Made by a program: the position numbers and the translations under genes. A stretch of 64,000 bases of DNA, taken from assembly GCA_000091205.1 (NCBI GenBank), contig AP006484.2. The stretch is one strand, 5' to 3'. Within the stretch, counting starts at the first letter, position 1. The number at the start of each line of letters is the position of its first letter. Positions 22,960 through 34,825 of the stretch are shown one piece after another. The stretch comes from Cyanidioschyzon merolae (taxonomy: Eukaryota). The notes beneath the pieces are model-generated. The model had not been told where the DNA came from and did no database searches. It saw only the letters and a program-made list of their open reading frames with translations.

Positions 22960-24612
22960 GCGGGGCAGGTGCCTGGAGGCACTGATCCTCGACACGGGAA
23001 CTCGAAGCGAAGCACGGGGGAACTGTTTTCCGTATTGTGGAAAGATCACCTTGTAGGCAGGTGCCTGGAGGCACTGATCCTCGACACGGGAACTCGAAGC
23101 GAAGCACGGGGAAACTGTTTTCCGTATTGTGGAAAGATCACCTTATAGGCAGGTGCCTGGAGGCACTGATCCTCGACACGGGAACTCGAAGCGAAGCACG
23201 GGGGACCTATTTTCCGTATTGTGGAAAGATCACCTTGTAGGCAGGTGCCTGGAGGCACTGATCCACTACAGGGGAACTCGAAGCGAAGCACGGGGAAACT
23301 GTTTTCCGTATTGTGGAAAGATCACCTTGTAGGCAGGTGCCTGGAGGCACTGATCCTCGACACGGGAACTCGAAGCGAAGCACGGGGAAACTGTTTTCCG
23401 TATTGTGGAAAGATCACCTTGTAGGCAGACTGGAGGCAATGATCCTCGACACGGGAACTCGAAGCGAAGCACGGGGAAACTGTTTTCCGTATTGTGGAAA
23501 GATCACCTTATAGGCAGGTGCCTGGAGGCACTGATCCTCGACACGGGAACTCGAAGCGAAGCACGGGGAAACTGTTTTCCGTATTGTGGAAAGATCACCT
23601 TGTAGGCAGGTGCCTGGAGGCACTGATCCTCGACACGGGAACTCGAAGCGAAGCACGGGGGAACTGTTTTCCGTATTGTGGAAAGATCACCTTGTAGGCA
23701 GGTGCCTGGAGGCACTGATCCTCGACACGGGAACTCGAAGCGAAGCACGGGGAAACTGTTTTCCGTATTGTGGAAAGATCACCTTATAGGCAGGTGCCTG
23801 GAGGCACTGATCCTCGACACGGGAACTCGAAGCGAAGCACGGGGGACCTATTTTCCGTATTGTGGAAAGATCACCTTGTAGGCAGGTGCCTGGAGGCACT
23901 GATCCACTACAGGGGAACTCGAAGCGAAGCACGGGGAAACTGTTTTCCGTATTGTGGAAAGATCACCTTGTAGGCAGGTGCCTGGAGGCACTGATCCTCG
24001 ACACGGGAACTCGAAGCGAAGCACGGGGGAACTGTTTTCCGTATTGTGGAAAGATCACCTTGTAGGCAGGTGCCTGGAGGCACTGATCCTCGACACGGGA
24101 ACTCGAAGCGAAGCACGGGGAAACTGTTTTCCGTATTGTGGAAAGATCACCTTGTAGGCAGGTGCCTGGAGGCACTGATCCTCGACACGGGAACTCGAAG
24201 CGAAGCACGGGGAAACTGTTTTCCGTATTGTGGAAAGATCACCTTATAGGCAGGTGCCTGGAGGCACTGATCCTCGACAGGGGAACTCGAAGCGAAGCAC
24301 GGGGGAACTGTTTTCCGTATTGTGGAAAGATCACCTTATAGGCAGGTGCCTGGAGGCACTGATCCTCGACACGGGAACTCGAAGCGAAGCACGAACGTGC
24401 AACAAGGTCGTTCTATCCTTATGGTAAGCGTTGCACGGGGGAACTGTTTTCCGTATTGTGGAAAGATCACCTTGTAGGCAGACTGGAGGCAATGATCCTC
24501 GACACGGGAACTCGAAGCGAGGCACGAACTTACAACAATTTTGTTTCCATCCTTATGGTAAGCGAAGCACAGGGAACTATTTTCCGTATTGTGGAAAGAT
24601 CACCTGGTAGGC
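22960..24612. repeat. tandem satellite array, ~92-bp monomer, ~17-18 units, with a 7-unit (~641 bp) higher-order repeat
   Basis: The monomer ggcaggtgcctggaggcactgatcctcgacacgggaactcgaagcgaagcacggggaaactgttttccgtattgtggaaagatcaccttgta repeats with a 92-bp period (89 bp once). Units at 23037/23129/23221 are identical to those at 23678/23770/23862, giving the higher-order repeat. The last two units carry a ~37-bp insertion (aacgtgcaacaaggtcgttctatccttatggtaagcg). The many 67-aa MERSP... ORFs in the track are artefacts of this array. Confidence 0.9.
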
Positions 24613-25140
24613 AGAAGGTTTCGTGAGCTAGACGAGTCTGCTAGGCTGGTGCTTCACTCTCTAGACAGTGGCAGGTGCTGTGGCGAGCTCTGAGCAGCTC
24701 GTCTGCAACGCAATTCATTCTGGGACTAGGTGCAGTTAGGCTGAGTCTGGGCTTCGCACTGGTCGTGGTTGACTCCTAGCTTATCGATTCGTGCTGTCGC
24801 AGGCAGTCGGTCTGCCTGTACACTTTACATGCTCCCAGAATAGCTATGTACTCCGACTCCTTGTCGAATGGAGCAGGCATCGAGCCGAAACCCCGCCCCC
24901 CCACCAGTGGTGTGGCAAAGCCGTTCTGGCCCCGTGCTACGTACGCACTACCAGCACAGGCGCTACTGCGGGTGCTCATGGCAAGTACTCGGCGCACGAT
25001 AGACCGTACGAAACAACCAGTATATTCGAGAGGAACTAGGGGTCATGGAACCTGGAGGCCGGATGCTGCATGACGAACTTTTTTTCGAATGCTAATATCC
25101 ATCCCACAGCCTAGGAACCATGGCCAATGTAAATGCTTTT
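24580..25140. repeat. dispersed ~560-bp non-coding repeat, copy A (its 5' end is the progenitor of the 92-bp satellite)
   Basis: ~75% identical to 34826-35390. Shared blocks include cgtctgcaacgcaattcattctgggactagg, tggcaaagccgttctggcc, aaccagtatattcgagaggaac and gaatgctaatatccatcccacagcctaggaaccatggccaatg. Both copies start with the ttttccgtattgtggaaagatcacct satellite motif and end near a ccatgg pair. Confidence 0.7.
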
Positions 25141-27911
25141 TTCAGAGAGAAACACGCGCCCAATGGAGCGATCATTACGTTTCAAAATAGAAAACAATTC
25201 TTTCATGGGATTCAACCACGGAGCGCACGGAGGAATAAAAAGCAGCTCTGCCCTTGATAGATTCGGCAAAAGCTCGAACGCGAGTCGAATGGTGAAATAC
25301 CACGTTGTCCTATAGAGGGATGTCGCCAGACGCCAGCGGAAAAGTCTTCAATGATTCGGCAAAGTCGTTGGTGCCATCGTATGAATCCTCTGTACCAGCG
25401 AAACCGCGGCCGGCAAATGAATCCACTACCGCTAGGACAGATGATGTCGTCAGAGTTCTCTTCGAGATCCATCGCGCACACAACGGGCTTCCTGCTCTGC
25501 GAGTAGTCACATGCGCTCCAAAGGTTTCACTTAACGGAGTTCTCATCGACTGAAAAAACCACCCCAAGTCCCAGTGCTTCATACCGATCGCTGAGTTCCA
25601 GGAATTCTGTTGTTGCGATTTCAGTGGAAGATGACTGTGCATAAACTAGGACTTGTTTCTGCGACTTTATGCCAGTGTTTCAGGATCACACGAATAAGAC
25701 GTTGAGAAGTATAGACGCACATGACGAATGATATCTTTGCTTTTGCTTTCCGTTAAGTGATCAAAGATTCGCCTTTGACGATGGACCGCAAGCACGCCTT
25801 GAGACGATCGGGTTTTCGCGCGGGGCATATAGTCGTGTTTCTTTCAGGGTTCCGCAGCCATCAGAGTATTGTGTTATGACTGACCTGATTCAGAAATGCA
25901 GTCCTTGTTGCGCTCTTCAGTAAAGCATATATCCTGCAGGCAATTCGACTACGATCTGTCCGGCACGTTGCATCGTGCTTTCGATCAGCTGCTATACCCC
26001 GCAGCGGAGGTTGCACCAACATTGAGTTGAGAGCCCATAAGCGAGCGCTGCGATACCTGGTGATTCATTGATGTGCGTCGGTGTAATTTTTTATCAAAAA
26101 GTGTGTGCCATAAAACCAGGTCATCTATGGGTGTGCGGGCATAGCTTCTGGCCTATCGCAACGCGCCGCTAGTCTTGGTGATGCACTGTTATGTGTTGCG
26201 ATGTCCTTTCATTAGTCAGCATGCTTCGTGGAAACCAGGATGGCTGTGAAGAACTTCACCGTGTGCACGCCCTGATGTCTGGTATGTAGTGTAGCGGGTC
26301 GTTTGGCGCAGCCACGTATGCACACGGAAACATCAGAACGCAGCTCCATACGATTACAGCTCCCGCTTTTTAGAATCAGCGTCGTGTCTGGCGATGCTGC
26401 ACAGCGCTATGTGCACAAGGCGGGGCAGTCGCACAGTAACATCGAAAGGTTTGCCTTGTGCCTTGAAGGACTCCGCACGTTGTGTTGCGCTGTTGTAATG
26501 CGCGAGACTGGGGTCCGCGTGCGTCTGTTCTCGACGGATTCAAGGCAGCGCGCAAGCATGAGCGCAAGGCGTCTTCCGCGTCTTCCGCGTGCTTCTGGGA
26601 GACTGCGCGCGCTAGCCTGTTCGTATGGACGAGGCGGATCGTAGACCAAGCCGAACAGCAATGGCAGGTTTTTTCAGAGCTCTCCCGTACTCGGAATCGT
26701 GCGCCCTTCGCGTCTCAGAGGCGTATCTGGTCGATACGCAGCGCCTGCTAAACGGTATAAAACTCGGGTTCGAATCCGTCCATGATTATCGGATGCAGCG
26801 CACGCTGCACATCAGTGGCGTTTCGCGGAGCCCCAGAAGAGCGCCTAGCTGCGTTGCGCCGGGCGAACGATGCTAGATGTTTGCCGCCCAGCGCGTTATT
26901 GCCTAATCTGGGCATCGTTGACCGCAAAAGGGTCATTCACCGGGGATACTTGCTACCTCGTGATATCTGTGATGACTTTTAGCAGATGCCCAGCGGAGCC
27001 AACATCTCGATATAGCGATCTGGGCATTACAAATCACAAAAGCCTAAAGTTCGACATGCAGCAGACAACCCCCCGGGTCGATTAAGATAGCGAGCTCTCA
27101 TACGAACGGGTTGTACGGCTGGATCAACTCGGGTTTCTCCAGATGAGCAAAACAGACTAGAGCGAAATGGCATGGGATCTGAGAGACATCCACTTGCATT
27201 CAAAGAGGGCACTTGTCTCGCATGATGGGCCGAGCCCTCGAATCATGCTTCCAAACCAAAAACGATATCTACTGAACGGCATCCAAATTTCGCAAGAGAG
27301 CTCGTTTCGCTACGAAAAGTAGAGCAAAACACCTCTGTGGTCGGTGAAAAACGCCACCAGCTCGATATGGCTGTAAACTGATGCAATCCATGGCCTGCTG
27401 GAGAGACACCGCCCCGCTTCAATTCATCTGCCCGATACTGACTCGGAACGAGTGTTACGGAAGAAAATTCGATTGAGCCGAAGAAGCAACACCTCAAACA
27501 ATCGCCAAAGAAGCTCCAGTGCGATCATTGGCGATGGAACAATGAAGATAAGAACATGACTGAGGCTCGCTAGTATCCTGTACCAACTTACACCACTTTT
27601 CTGGTGCAAAGAGATCGATGCATCATGCTTGAGACGCAGCTACTGCTACCTACCATAGCTGCTGCCGCAGCGAGCACTGCACCCTCTTATGGGACCGCAC
27701 CTAGTTCGACTCGAGCGCGATTCACTGAGCTACAGTGCCACTCGCATAGAGTCACCCACAGGTATTATCAAGTCTCTGCGCGTTCCGTTGATTAACTCGA
27801 AAACAACGCCACCTCAGCGGTCCCATTCACCAGGCTCCACTCGCAGCGGTTTATCCGAGTGTCGGCGCCAGCTCGCTGTACGCTGAAAGATCCTCGACGC
27901 GCACATACCGC

Positions 27912-28166
27912 CTACGACCGTTGCTGTCGCTCTATCATAGCCTTGCTAACAACTCCCATGGACTCAATGTACCTATCGACACACTTGGCTAAACAGGTCT
28001 GCTCCCCGGAGGTCAGCGTAGCGCTTGGTTTGGTCACGCACTTCTCAAAGCACTTTTCCGTCACTCGTTGTACGAGATCCTGAAACGCCTGCCGCAGCAT
28101 CTCATTTCGAACACGATCTTCAAGCTCCGCCCGCTGTGATGGCGTCAGTTGATCTATTTTATCCAT
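27912..28166 (-). CDS. small Tim family protein (Tim8/Tim9/Tim10/Tim13-type mitochondrial intermembrane-space chaperone)
   Basis: ATG at 28166. The 84-aa product has a twin Cx3C motif (KCFEKC ... CLAKC) with spacing characteristic of small Tims. It is the only convincing gene in the 25.2-31.7 kb stretch. Confidence 0.6.
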   Translation of the reverse strand: MDKIDQLTPSQRAELEDRVRNEMLRQAFQDLVQRVTEKCFEKCVTKPSATLTSGEQTCLAKCVDRYIESMGVVSKAMIERQQRS

Positions 28167-31100
28167 AGGTAACGGTGGTAAACGTCCAGTGAAGCCGGAA
28201 TGCGGCGGTTACCTCGTTGTGTGCAACTGCAGGCACCCAAGGCGACGTAAAGCTATTGAAGTGCATCGGCGGCGCCTGTGGTGCCGGCGCCCGGTGCGAC
28301 GGCACCATGGATGCGCTGTCGGAGGTTTGTATGCTCGGGGTCACGGGGGATGCCCTGCTCTTTTCTCCAAAAGTATTGTGGATCGAGTAAAATGCCGGTG
28401 ACTGGCCCGCAGCACGTATGCAGCGCTTATACGGCTGCCAGGATAGAACTGCAACGAGTTCACTGACTCAACGAGGGCGAACACGCGCAAGTTTGCGTTA
28501 TTTCATATCGTCAACTGCACCAGAACTTGGGGGTTGGTTTTTCGGTCTCCTGTGTCGCGTCTCCAACTTTAAATACGCTGGTCTCTCGTTTCGCTCCGAT
28601 TTCGTGAGCATCAGTCAGAGGATCGTGATAACAGGGCCAAATTCTCGTTCATAGGATTTCCGGTTGGCATAGACACGTGATAGGCGCAGGCGAAAGTTTC
28701 GATCGAATCTTCATTGGCCATGCTCACCTATTTGTTTGCGGCATCGGCGTACGCTTTGCAGCGATCACACCCGACTATGGTCAGATGCTGCCTTGTCTCC
28801 AGCGTGCTTCCTCGTACGAGTACTGCCCTCCGGCGCTTGAACTGTTGCTGCATCGCTCTGTACACGCACTAGACGAGTACAGAAGACTCCCCGTCGATGC
28901 CCTCGACCGTTTTCGCGTCTGGTGCCGTACCCGAAGATCACGAGCTTCGTCAGTGGCGATGCCCCCGACGAGTACTCTGTATGCGTCATATGCGAGTGCG
29001 CACTGTTCCATGCCATTGAAGATTTGTGGATTGCGGTGTTCGCCATGGTGGTAGGGATTTGGAAGGAAAATGCAGGTTGGAGAACTTGCCGAGAACTATC
29101 GATCCGGTGGCGTTCTCTTCATGGAAACCTGTGAAGCTTTCCCCATTGGAAGCCGTCTCCGCTATGTGTAGAGTACGAATCCATGAACACTTTTCATGCA
29201 AACAGAAGACAGGGTAGCCTCTCTGGGAGCATATCCCCTGAATTGTATCGTGCTGCGGTTGAATCCGCCGATTCATCGACGGGCACACAGAGAGAAGCAC
29301 CTGTCTTTCGACCCGCGTCGAGTATTTGACATGCGCTTGGGAAGAAGTCGTCAAGGAAGGTCGTCGAGATTCTCTCCTCATCGAAGCAGGGACGCGCATA
29401 GCTGTGCTCCTCGGTTACCTTGAAACAGAAAGATCGAGTTCTAGGAAACTGTATGAATTGAGCACGCGATATTTACGGAACGGAGAAGAGTCAAGGCTTG
29501 TTGTTCTGCATTGCGTTAAAATATCGGTTATTATAAGAGCCCTTGTACGAATCTGTCGCATGTCACTGTGATGATGGTGAGGTGACGAATTCTACTGGGA
29601 CTTTGTCGAAGGGGCCGTCCCGGAGAAAACAACCGCCGAGAATCGTAAACCAAGGTATGCATCCAAGAACGCCAATTCCCGCACTTCGAAATTAGAGGCG
29701 CAATATCAACACAAGTTCGCAGAGAAAATCGACAGATAGAAACAGAACGAGCAGTTCAGTTCGCGATGGTAGTTCGACACCATTGTGGAGCGCAGCAGCG
29801 TATCGCGCTCGTTCGACTGTACCTGGACGAGTTCGGATAATGTGCAGTCGGGCACACGAACCAGCCCGGGCAGAACTTGGTCCAGGCTCACCTGGGATGC
29901 TGGAGTGTCCTGAGGCGCAACTGGGTATGCCCGTTTGCCGAAACGATTCATTGTCGTTCGTTGGCACTCGTTTAGAGAGACACCCAGCTGCTAGACATGT
30001 GTGCACCATGCGTCCTTGGTGCGTGCGAGCGACGAATATCCCAATGTCGTCGGATCCCGTGGATGACAACCACGCAGCATCGACTCGTTACTCGTTCGAC
30101 GCACTAGTTGATGCCGCGGGCGTGCCGCCATCGCGTGCTATAGCGCGTCCTGCGCCAAAGGCGAATACCGCACCACGTGACTTGTCGGTCATGTTCTTTG
30201 CCACTTCATTGATGAAGCCCGCAAATCTATGCATCTTGCCTCCATGCAACCGATACCGTTGGCGGCCCCAGCGAGGTCTCTCGGAACGCTGTCGAAAATC
30301 GTTCGCACGAGCCATGTGGACGCTTCTGCTCTGTCCAGTGCTGGGCGCTACGGAATCGATGTTGGCACTGTCACGCCATTTGTTGGTATATACGCTGGCG
30401 TCCATAATGCTCGACTACCCATAAACGCGAACAATGGAGAAATCAAGCCATATTACATATTCTGTCTGAGCATCAATTACCCTGTCATATGAAGGTTCTA
30501 TCGAAAATTTCGAGAGGCATCTGCTCAGCTGGTAGCCCTGCGTCCGGATCGGCTACAGCAAGTCGTTTGACGAGGTGCATCGGGGCGAGAGCGGTGCCTC
30601 GCGAGACTTTGTCGCGTAAGGAGCTATGCGATATCTGTTGGCGTCCTGAATCTATCGATTAGCCGGAGACGAACTTGTTGGCTAGTGATCTATGCGCGTA
30701 AAAACCGCGTTTGCCGATAGTGACAATGCCGTACACTGGATAGAAGCTGGGAGCATGGGCTGGTACGAAGACCAGGTCCAGCCAAATTCCAGCTGTATGC
30801 TCCCTGTTTCTTGTTCAGTCATGGAACGCGACATTGCTAACGAGCAGGACAGACGAATTTGGTAAGGAGGAGCTTGGCAGAGAGACTCGATGAACGACGC
30901 GTCGTCGAGCAATCCTAACCGTTCGGCGATTTGGGGCCGGCCTCACGCTTGACTCCCCGCTGGGCCTGAAGCCGTTGTCGCACGTGCTTGACTCCTCTTT
31001 ACGGCCGGAGGTCTGCCCCTACTTCATCAACGATGCACAGACCTGCCAGTCTTCCCGAATCAAGACTCATCGAATGAGACGAACACCATCCAAACCTGTA

Positions 31101-31747
31101 CTGACAAAAATTCGCTTCTCAGTACGAAATCAATCGTGTCTTGTGCAACGCATGGCGCTCTCCCATACAGGCGTGCTTTGCCTCAACGTCCGCCCGTGTC
31201 CCTTCGTCACCGTTCGTATCGAGGGCATAGAGACGTCTCATTCGACGGCATCGTGAACATTGTCTCTTACACATCATATTCAGTAGAATACCTTTCGAAG
31301 GAGATCGTCGTCCATTTCGTCAGAGTTTGACCGGTTCTCCTCTAGGATGCGTGACGTTCAGAGCCAGCGTCGACGACGAGCAGCGTCATTCGACGTTGCT
31401 ATGCCCGTTGAAATACTGACAAGTAACGCCATTCTATATATGACAGCGATGACACCTTAGAGCCTTTCCAGGACCTCTGTCCAGACATCATCGCCACCAC
31501 CATCATCAGATATTCTATTCATAGAATACCTAGAAGAAAAAAAAACAGCGTGCTCCCGCAGGTATTCCAGCATGGACCGCTCCCGCACTGTAACGGACTC
31601 GCGGAGGGCGGCAGCGCGCGCACTTTGCGCGCCCCCGATGTGCTGTCCGTTTCGCCGCATCCGCCGGTGCCAGGCGCAGAGAAAAACGTTTCGCCTAGCG
31701 GAACTCGTACGTAGAAGCAGCGGAAGCGCGGCCCAGCGGCGAGCGTC

Positions 31748-32482
31748 ATGCTGCATAACGATAATAGTTTCAAGGCGAACAACAACAACAACAACAACAA
31801 CGAAGCAGGATCGTCTCGTGGTGGTGTTTACTGGCACGAGGGAAGCGTCTCGCGAGGTGAACGGGCGTCTCTGCTCGGTCAGACAGGCTGCACGGTGTGG
31901 CTCAGCGGGCTCTCCGGGGCGGGCAAGTCGACGATCGCTTGCGCTTTGGAACAAGCGCTTCTGCATCGTGGATACTTCGCCTACCGTCTAGATGGCGACA
32001 ACGTGCGTCACGGGCTGAATAAAGATCTCGGTTTTAGTGCCGACGACCGGGCAGAGAACATTCGCCGCACTGGCGAAGTCGCCCGTTTGTTTGCCGACGC
32101 GGGCTGTATCTGCGTTACGGCCTTTATTTCACCGTATGCTGCCGATCGACGTGGCGCTCGAGCGCTGCACGAGGCCAGTAGTCTCCCTTTTGTTGAGGTT
32201 TACGTGCGCTGTCCATTGGCCGTTGCGGAGCAGCGCGACCCAAAGGGTCTCTACAAAAAGGCGCGTGCCGGTCTGATTCACGGGTTCACTGGCATTGACG
32301 ACCCGTACGAGGAGCCCGATAGACCAGATGTTATCCTGGATACGGATAAGCTCTCAGTTGGTGAGTGTGTTGAGCGCCTGCTATGCACGCTGCGCGACCT
32401 GGGTGTCATCGAGACGCCAACGACTCGGGTGTGCGCGACGTGCGTGAATGCGCGCAAAGAGCGTCTCCAGCATATGAACTGA
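31748..32482 (+). CDS. adenylyl-sulfate (APS) kinase
   Basis: ATG at 31748. P-loop [18 protein letters not shown], then [54 protein letters not shown]. This is the canonical APS kinase signature. The N-terminal poly-Asn is encoded by an (AAC)n run. Confidence 0.85.
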   Translation: MLHNDNSFKANNNNNNNNEAGSSRGGVYWHEGSVSRGERASLLGQTGCTVWLSGLSGAGKSTIACALEQALLHRGYFAYRLDGDNVRHGLNKDLGFSADDRAENIRRTGEVARLFADAGCICVTAFISPYAADRRGARALHEASSLPFVEVYVRCPLAVAEQRDPKGLYKKARAGLIHGFTGIDDPYEEPDRPDVILDTDKLSVGECVERLLCTLRDLGVIETPTTRVCATCVNARKERLQHMN

Positions 32483-33488
32483 GCTTCGCATATGGTATAT
32501 CAGATGGCGGTGATGCAGAGGACGCATCGAAATCCTGAATAGATTTCGTTAACGACGGTTGTCTGGGTGCCCTGATTCCGAGGACAAGGCGCTCAAAGGG
32601 GATTTTATCGAAGCATGTTGACACTCTGGAGCCAGTTACGAGAGCCAGCGCACCAGTGACATTCAGAATCGCAGCCTAGTACCTGTTCATGGACGCACAG
32701 TGCCGTGCGTCCAAAAACAAGTGTCACGTGAGCGTCGACATCGATGCCGAAAGCAGACGCTTATCCTTCGAGTCGTTGATGCCCTGTGCCGGCTGCAGCG
32801 ATCGTCGTAGCGCTGCGGATGTGTTGCGAGGCGAGCCCAGTACCCTGGTTGCGCATATGCTCCAGTGCATCAGGTATGATGCTGGCAGGCGGTACATGCT
32901 CGCTGCAGATACACAGGTTGGTGAGTGCGCGACGGACCGACGCTCTGACAATCACTTTCACGTACGTATTGCTTTCGAAGCAGTCCGCTGCGCGACATCG
33001 ATGGTCCCGGTGTCGTGGATGCTGATAGCGCCCACTGGGAAGACGCTGCATCTCTCGAACCGCAATGCGCCGAGAGAAAGTTCTTGAAAGCGGAGATACG
33101 GGCGCATAAGAGACGGCGTGGTCTGCTTGGATAAGCATACATGGATGCTGGCCGGGGTGCCACCTGCTGAACACCAGGATGGTAGAGCTCTTTTCTGACG
33201 ATGCCTCTGCTGCTCCTGCTTCTGCTGGAAAAGAGAGCATAGGCCGCCTGTTCGTCTACTGCACGACCTGTTGCATACGTTCGCGATTTGCCTAGCGCCA
33301 GCACAGGTCGTGTAAAGTTCCATAACGGGCGGATAGCCTCCCATTCGGTTGCCGGCCTGTTTGGATGTTATGGATGGCGGCATGCGATCGGCTTGTGGGA
33401 GCTCGCAGCACTTGGCTTTTGGCTCGTCCAACGCAAGGCTCAACATACAATCCACCTAGAGCTCTGGATCGTCCAGAAAAGCTACGAG

Positions 33489-34015
33489 TCAGGGAGGCGG
33501 TGACTTGTCGCCTATGTTTGCAGAAGAAGGTCGATCTGCGGTGCGCGTAGCACAGCACTCGATATGAAACTTTGTGCTTTTATCCGTTCCCGCTCCGTTT
33601 GGATACGGAGCGCGCACGACGCAGAGCTCTTTGCGAGCACGCCGAGCCGCCTCATGCGCTCCAAATAGTTTCCACGAAACGGGTCGTTCACACGAGCCGT
33701 CTATGACGGCAAAGAACGCATGTCCACTGCTACTACCTAAGTAAGCATACCTGGTTCTGAAATAATCTCCGTGAAAGCACACGAGAACGTCTTGGTGGTT
33801 TTGATACCCGGAAATACGTCTCAGCGATCGCCGATGTCCACACAGCATCGGCTGCGTCTCTTCCGGAACGTGCCTGGAGAGTCGGTATGAGCCCAGGAGA
33901 TGTAGCTTTTGTGGCGGTGCGGCAACAGAGTACATAAATATACACCCACCCGCAGCAACCTCACAGCATTTTTCGACCCGCAGCCTGTTACTGGTTTCAG
34001 CCTGTCCGAGTACAC
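33489..34015 (-). pseudogene. possible metallophosphoesterase fragment, frameshifted
   Basis: Two overlapping minus-strand ORFs in different frames. One ends CCVDIGDR (GDxxDR-like) and the other has LCGHRRS (GHxH-like) and DYFRTRYAYLGSS. The match to calcineurin-like phosphoesterases is weak. It abuts the miniature Fanzor-element copy. Confidence 0.15.
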
Positions 34016-34039
34016 TTCTAGCCTGAGAGAGGCTGCGTT

Positions 34040-34700
34040 ACAAAGATAGATTGCCTCGGCTCCTCGGGTCTTGTTTCAGCACCGCTCATCTTCTGATATT
34101 CATGGCGGCGTTGAAGTCTCAGTTCACAAACTCGATGCGTTTCTTACCTCTGGTTGAACTCACCAATGCAAGGAGTCCTATAGCTCGTGCCATGTGTGCC
34201 CCTACAGCCTCGTCAGCGCCTCGCCGCGTAAACCCATTGCTCGCTTATCTCCTGTCTTGTTCTTCTTCTTCTTCTTCGTCGCTTGCGCTTCATCGCGTGA
34301 CAGTCAGAGAGAAGGGGATTTTGTTCGTTCCTCCCGGGCAGCCGGCGATGGCGGCCCTCGAGGCTCCTCGGCTTCCTTGTCCACCAGTTTCGTTTTTAGT
34401 TTTGAAAACGAACGCATTTTAAACGCATCTGCTATAAACCGCGAAGGAGTACTTGAATACACGAATCTGAAGGCCGGAACGCATTTGGGATCAAACATCA
34501 TATTTTGCTCCGGCTTCAACGCAAATACAACTTGCACGGTAGAGCAGCGGGCTTGATGACGCCATGCTTTGCGCTTGTCGTGCATTGAGCACGTCACCGG
34601 CAACAGTGCACATTCCGAATGCAACATCGCTAGTTTTCTGGCAAGTCAACGAGTAATCAGGATCGCGTTTCCCTTCAACAGCAACATGCGCGTCGTGTCT
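34040..34700 (-). mobile_element. internally deleted (~660 bp) non-autonomous derivative of the Fanzor/TnpB-bearing element at 58.9-61.6 kb
   Basis: 34040-34215 is homologous to 58914-59085, the 3' end of the nuclease ORF plus ~18 bp. It encodes a degraded ...EFVN*DFNAAMNI with an in-frame stop. 34215-34700 is homologous to 61250-61625, the N-terminal KEEKK-coding start plus the upstream AT-rich region and right terminus. Shared strings include gatcgcgtttcccttcaacagcaacatgcgcgtcgtgtctcat vs gatcacgtttcccttcaacggcggcgcgcgcgtcgtgtctcat. About 2.2 kb of internal coding sequence is absent. Confidence 0.6.
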
Positions 34701-34825
34701 CATGCCCGACAGCTATGGAGGTACGGATCTCGGCTGCGCTATAGAAAAAAGAACAGAAACGATCCACTCCGTGGCAACTAGATCAAAAGTTCTTTCGCCT
34801 CTACTATAAGCGTTGAAACGGGAAC

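Noticed and set aside
23037-24427. Dozens of 65-81-aa ORFs (MERSPCRQVPGG..., MLRFEFPCRGS...) on both strands of the satellite
   Set aside because: They are reading-frame echoes of the tandem repeat. The start codons are alternative and the peptides are identical.
22960-24612. Regular ~92-bp array could superficially suggest a CRISPR locus
   Set aside because: Units are near-identical throughout with no unique spacers between repeats. The context is eukaryotic, with no cas genes. The higher-order repeat structure is satellite-like.
26740-26790. GGTTCGAATCC T-loop-like motif (26765-26775) as a possible tRNA
   Set aside because: The flanking sequence cannot form a T-stem or acceptor stem, so no cloverleaf is possible.
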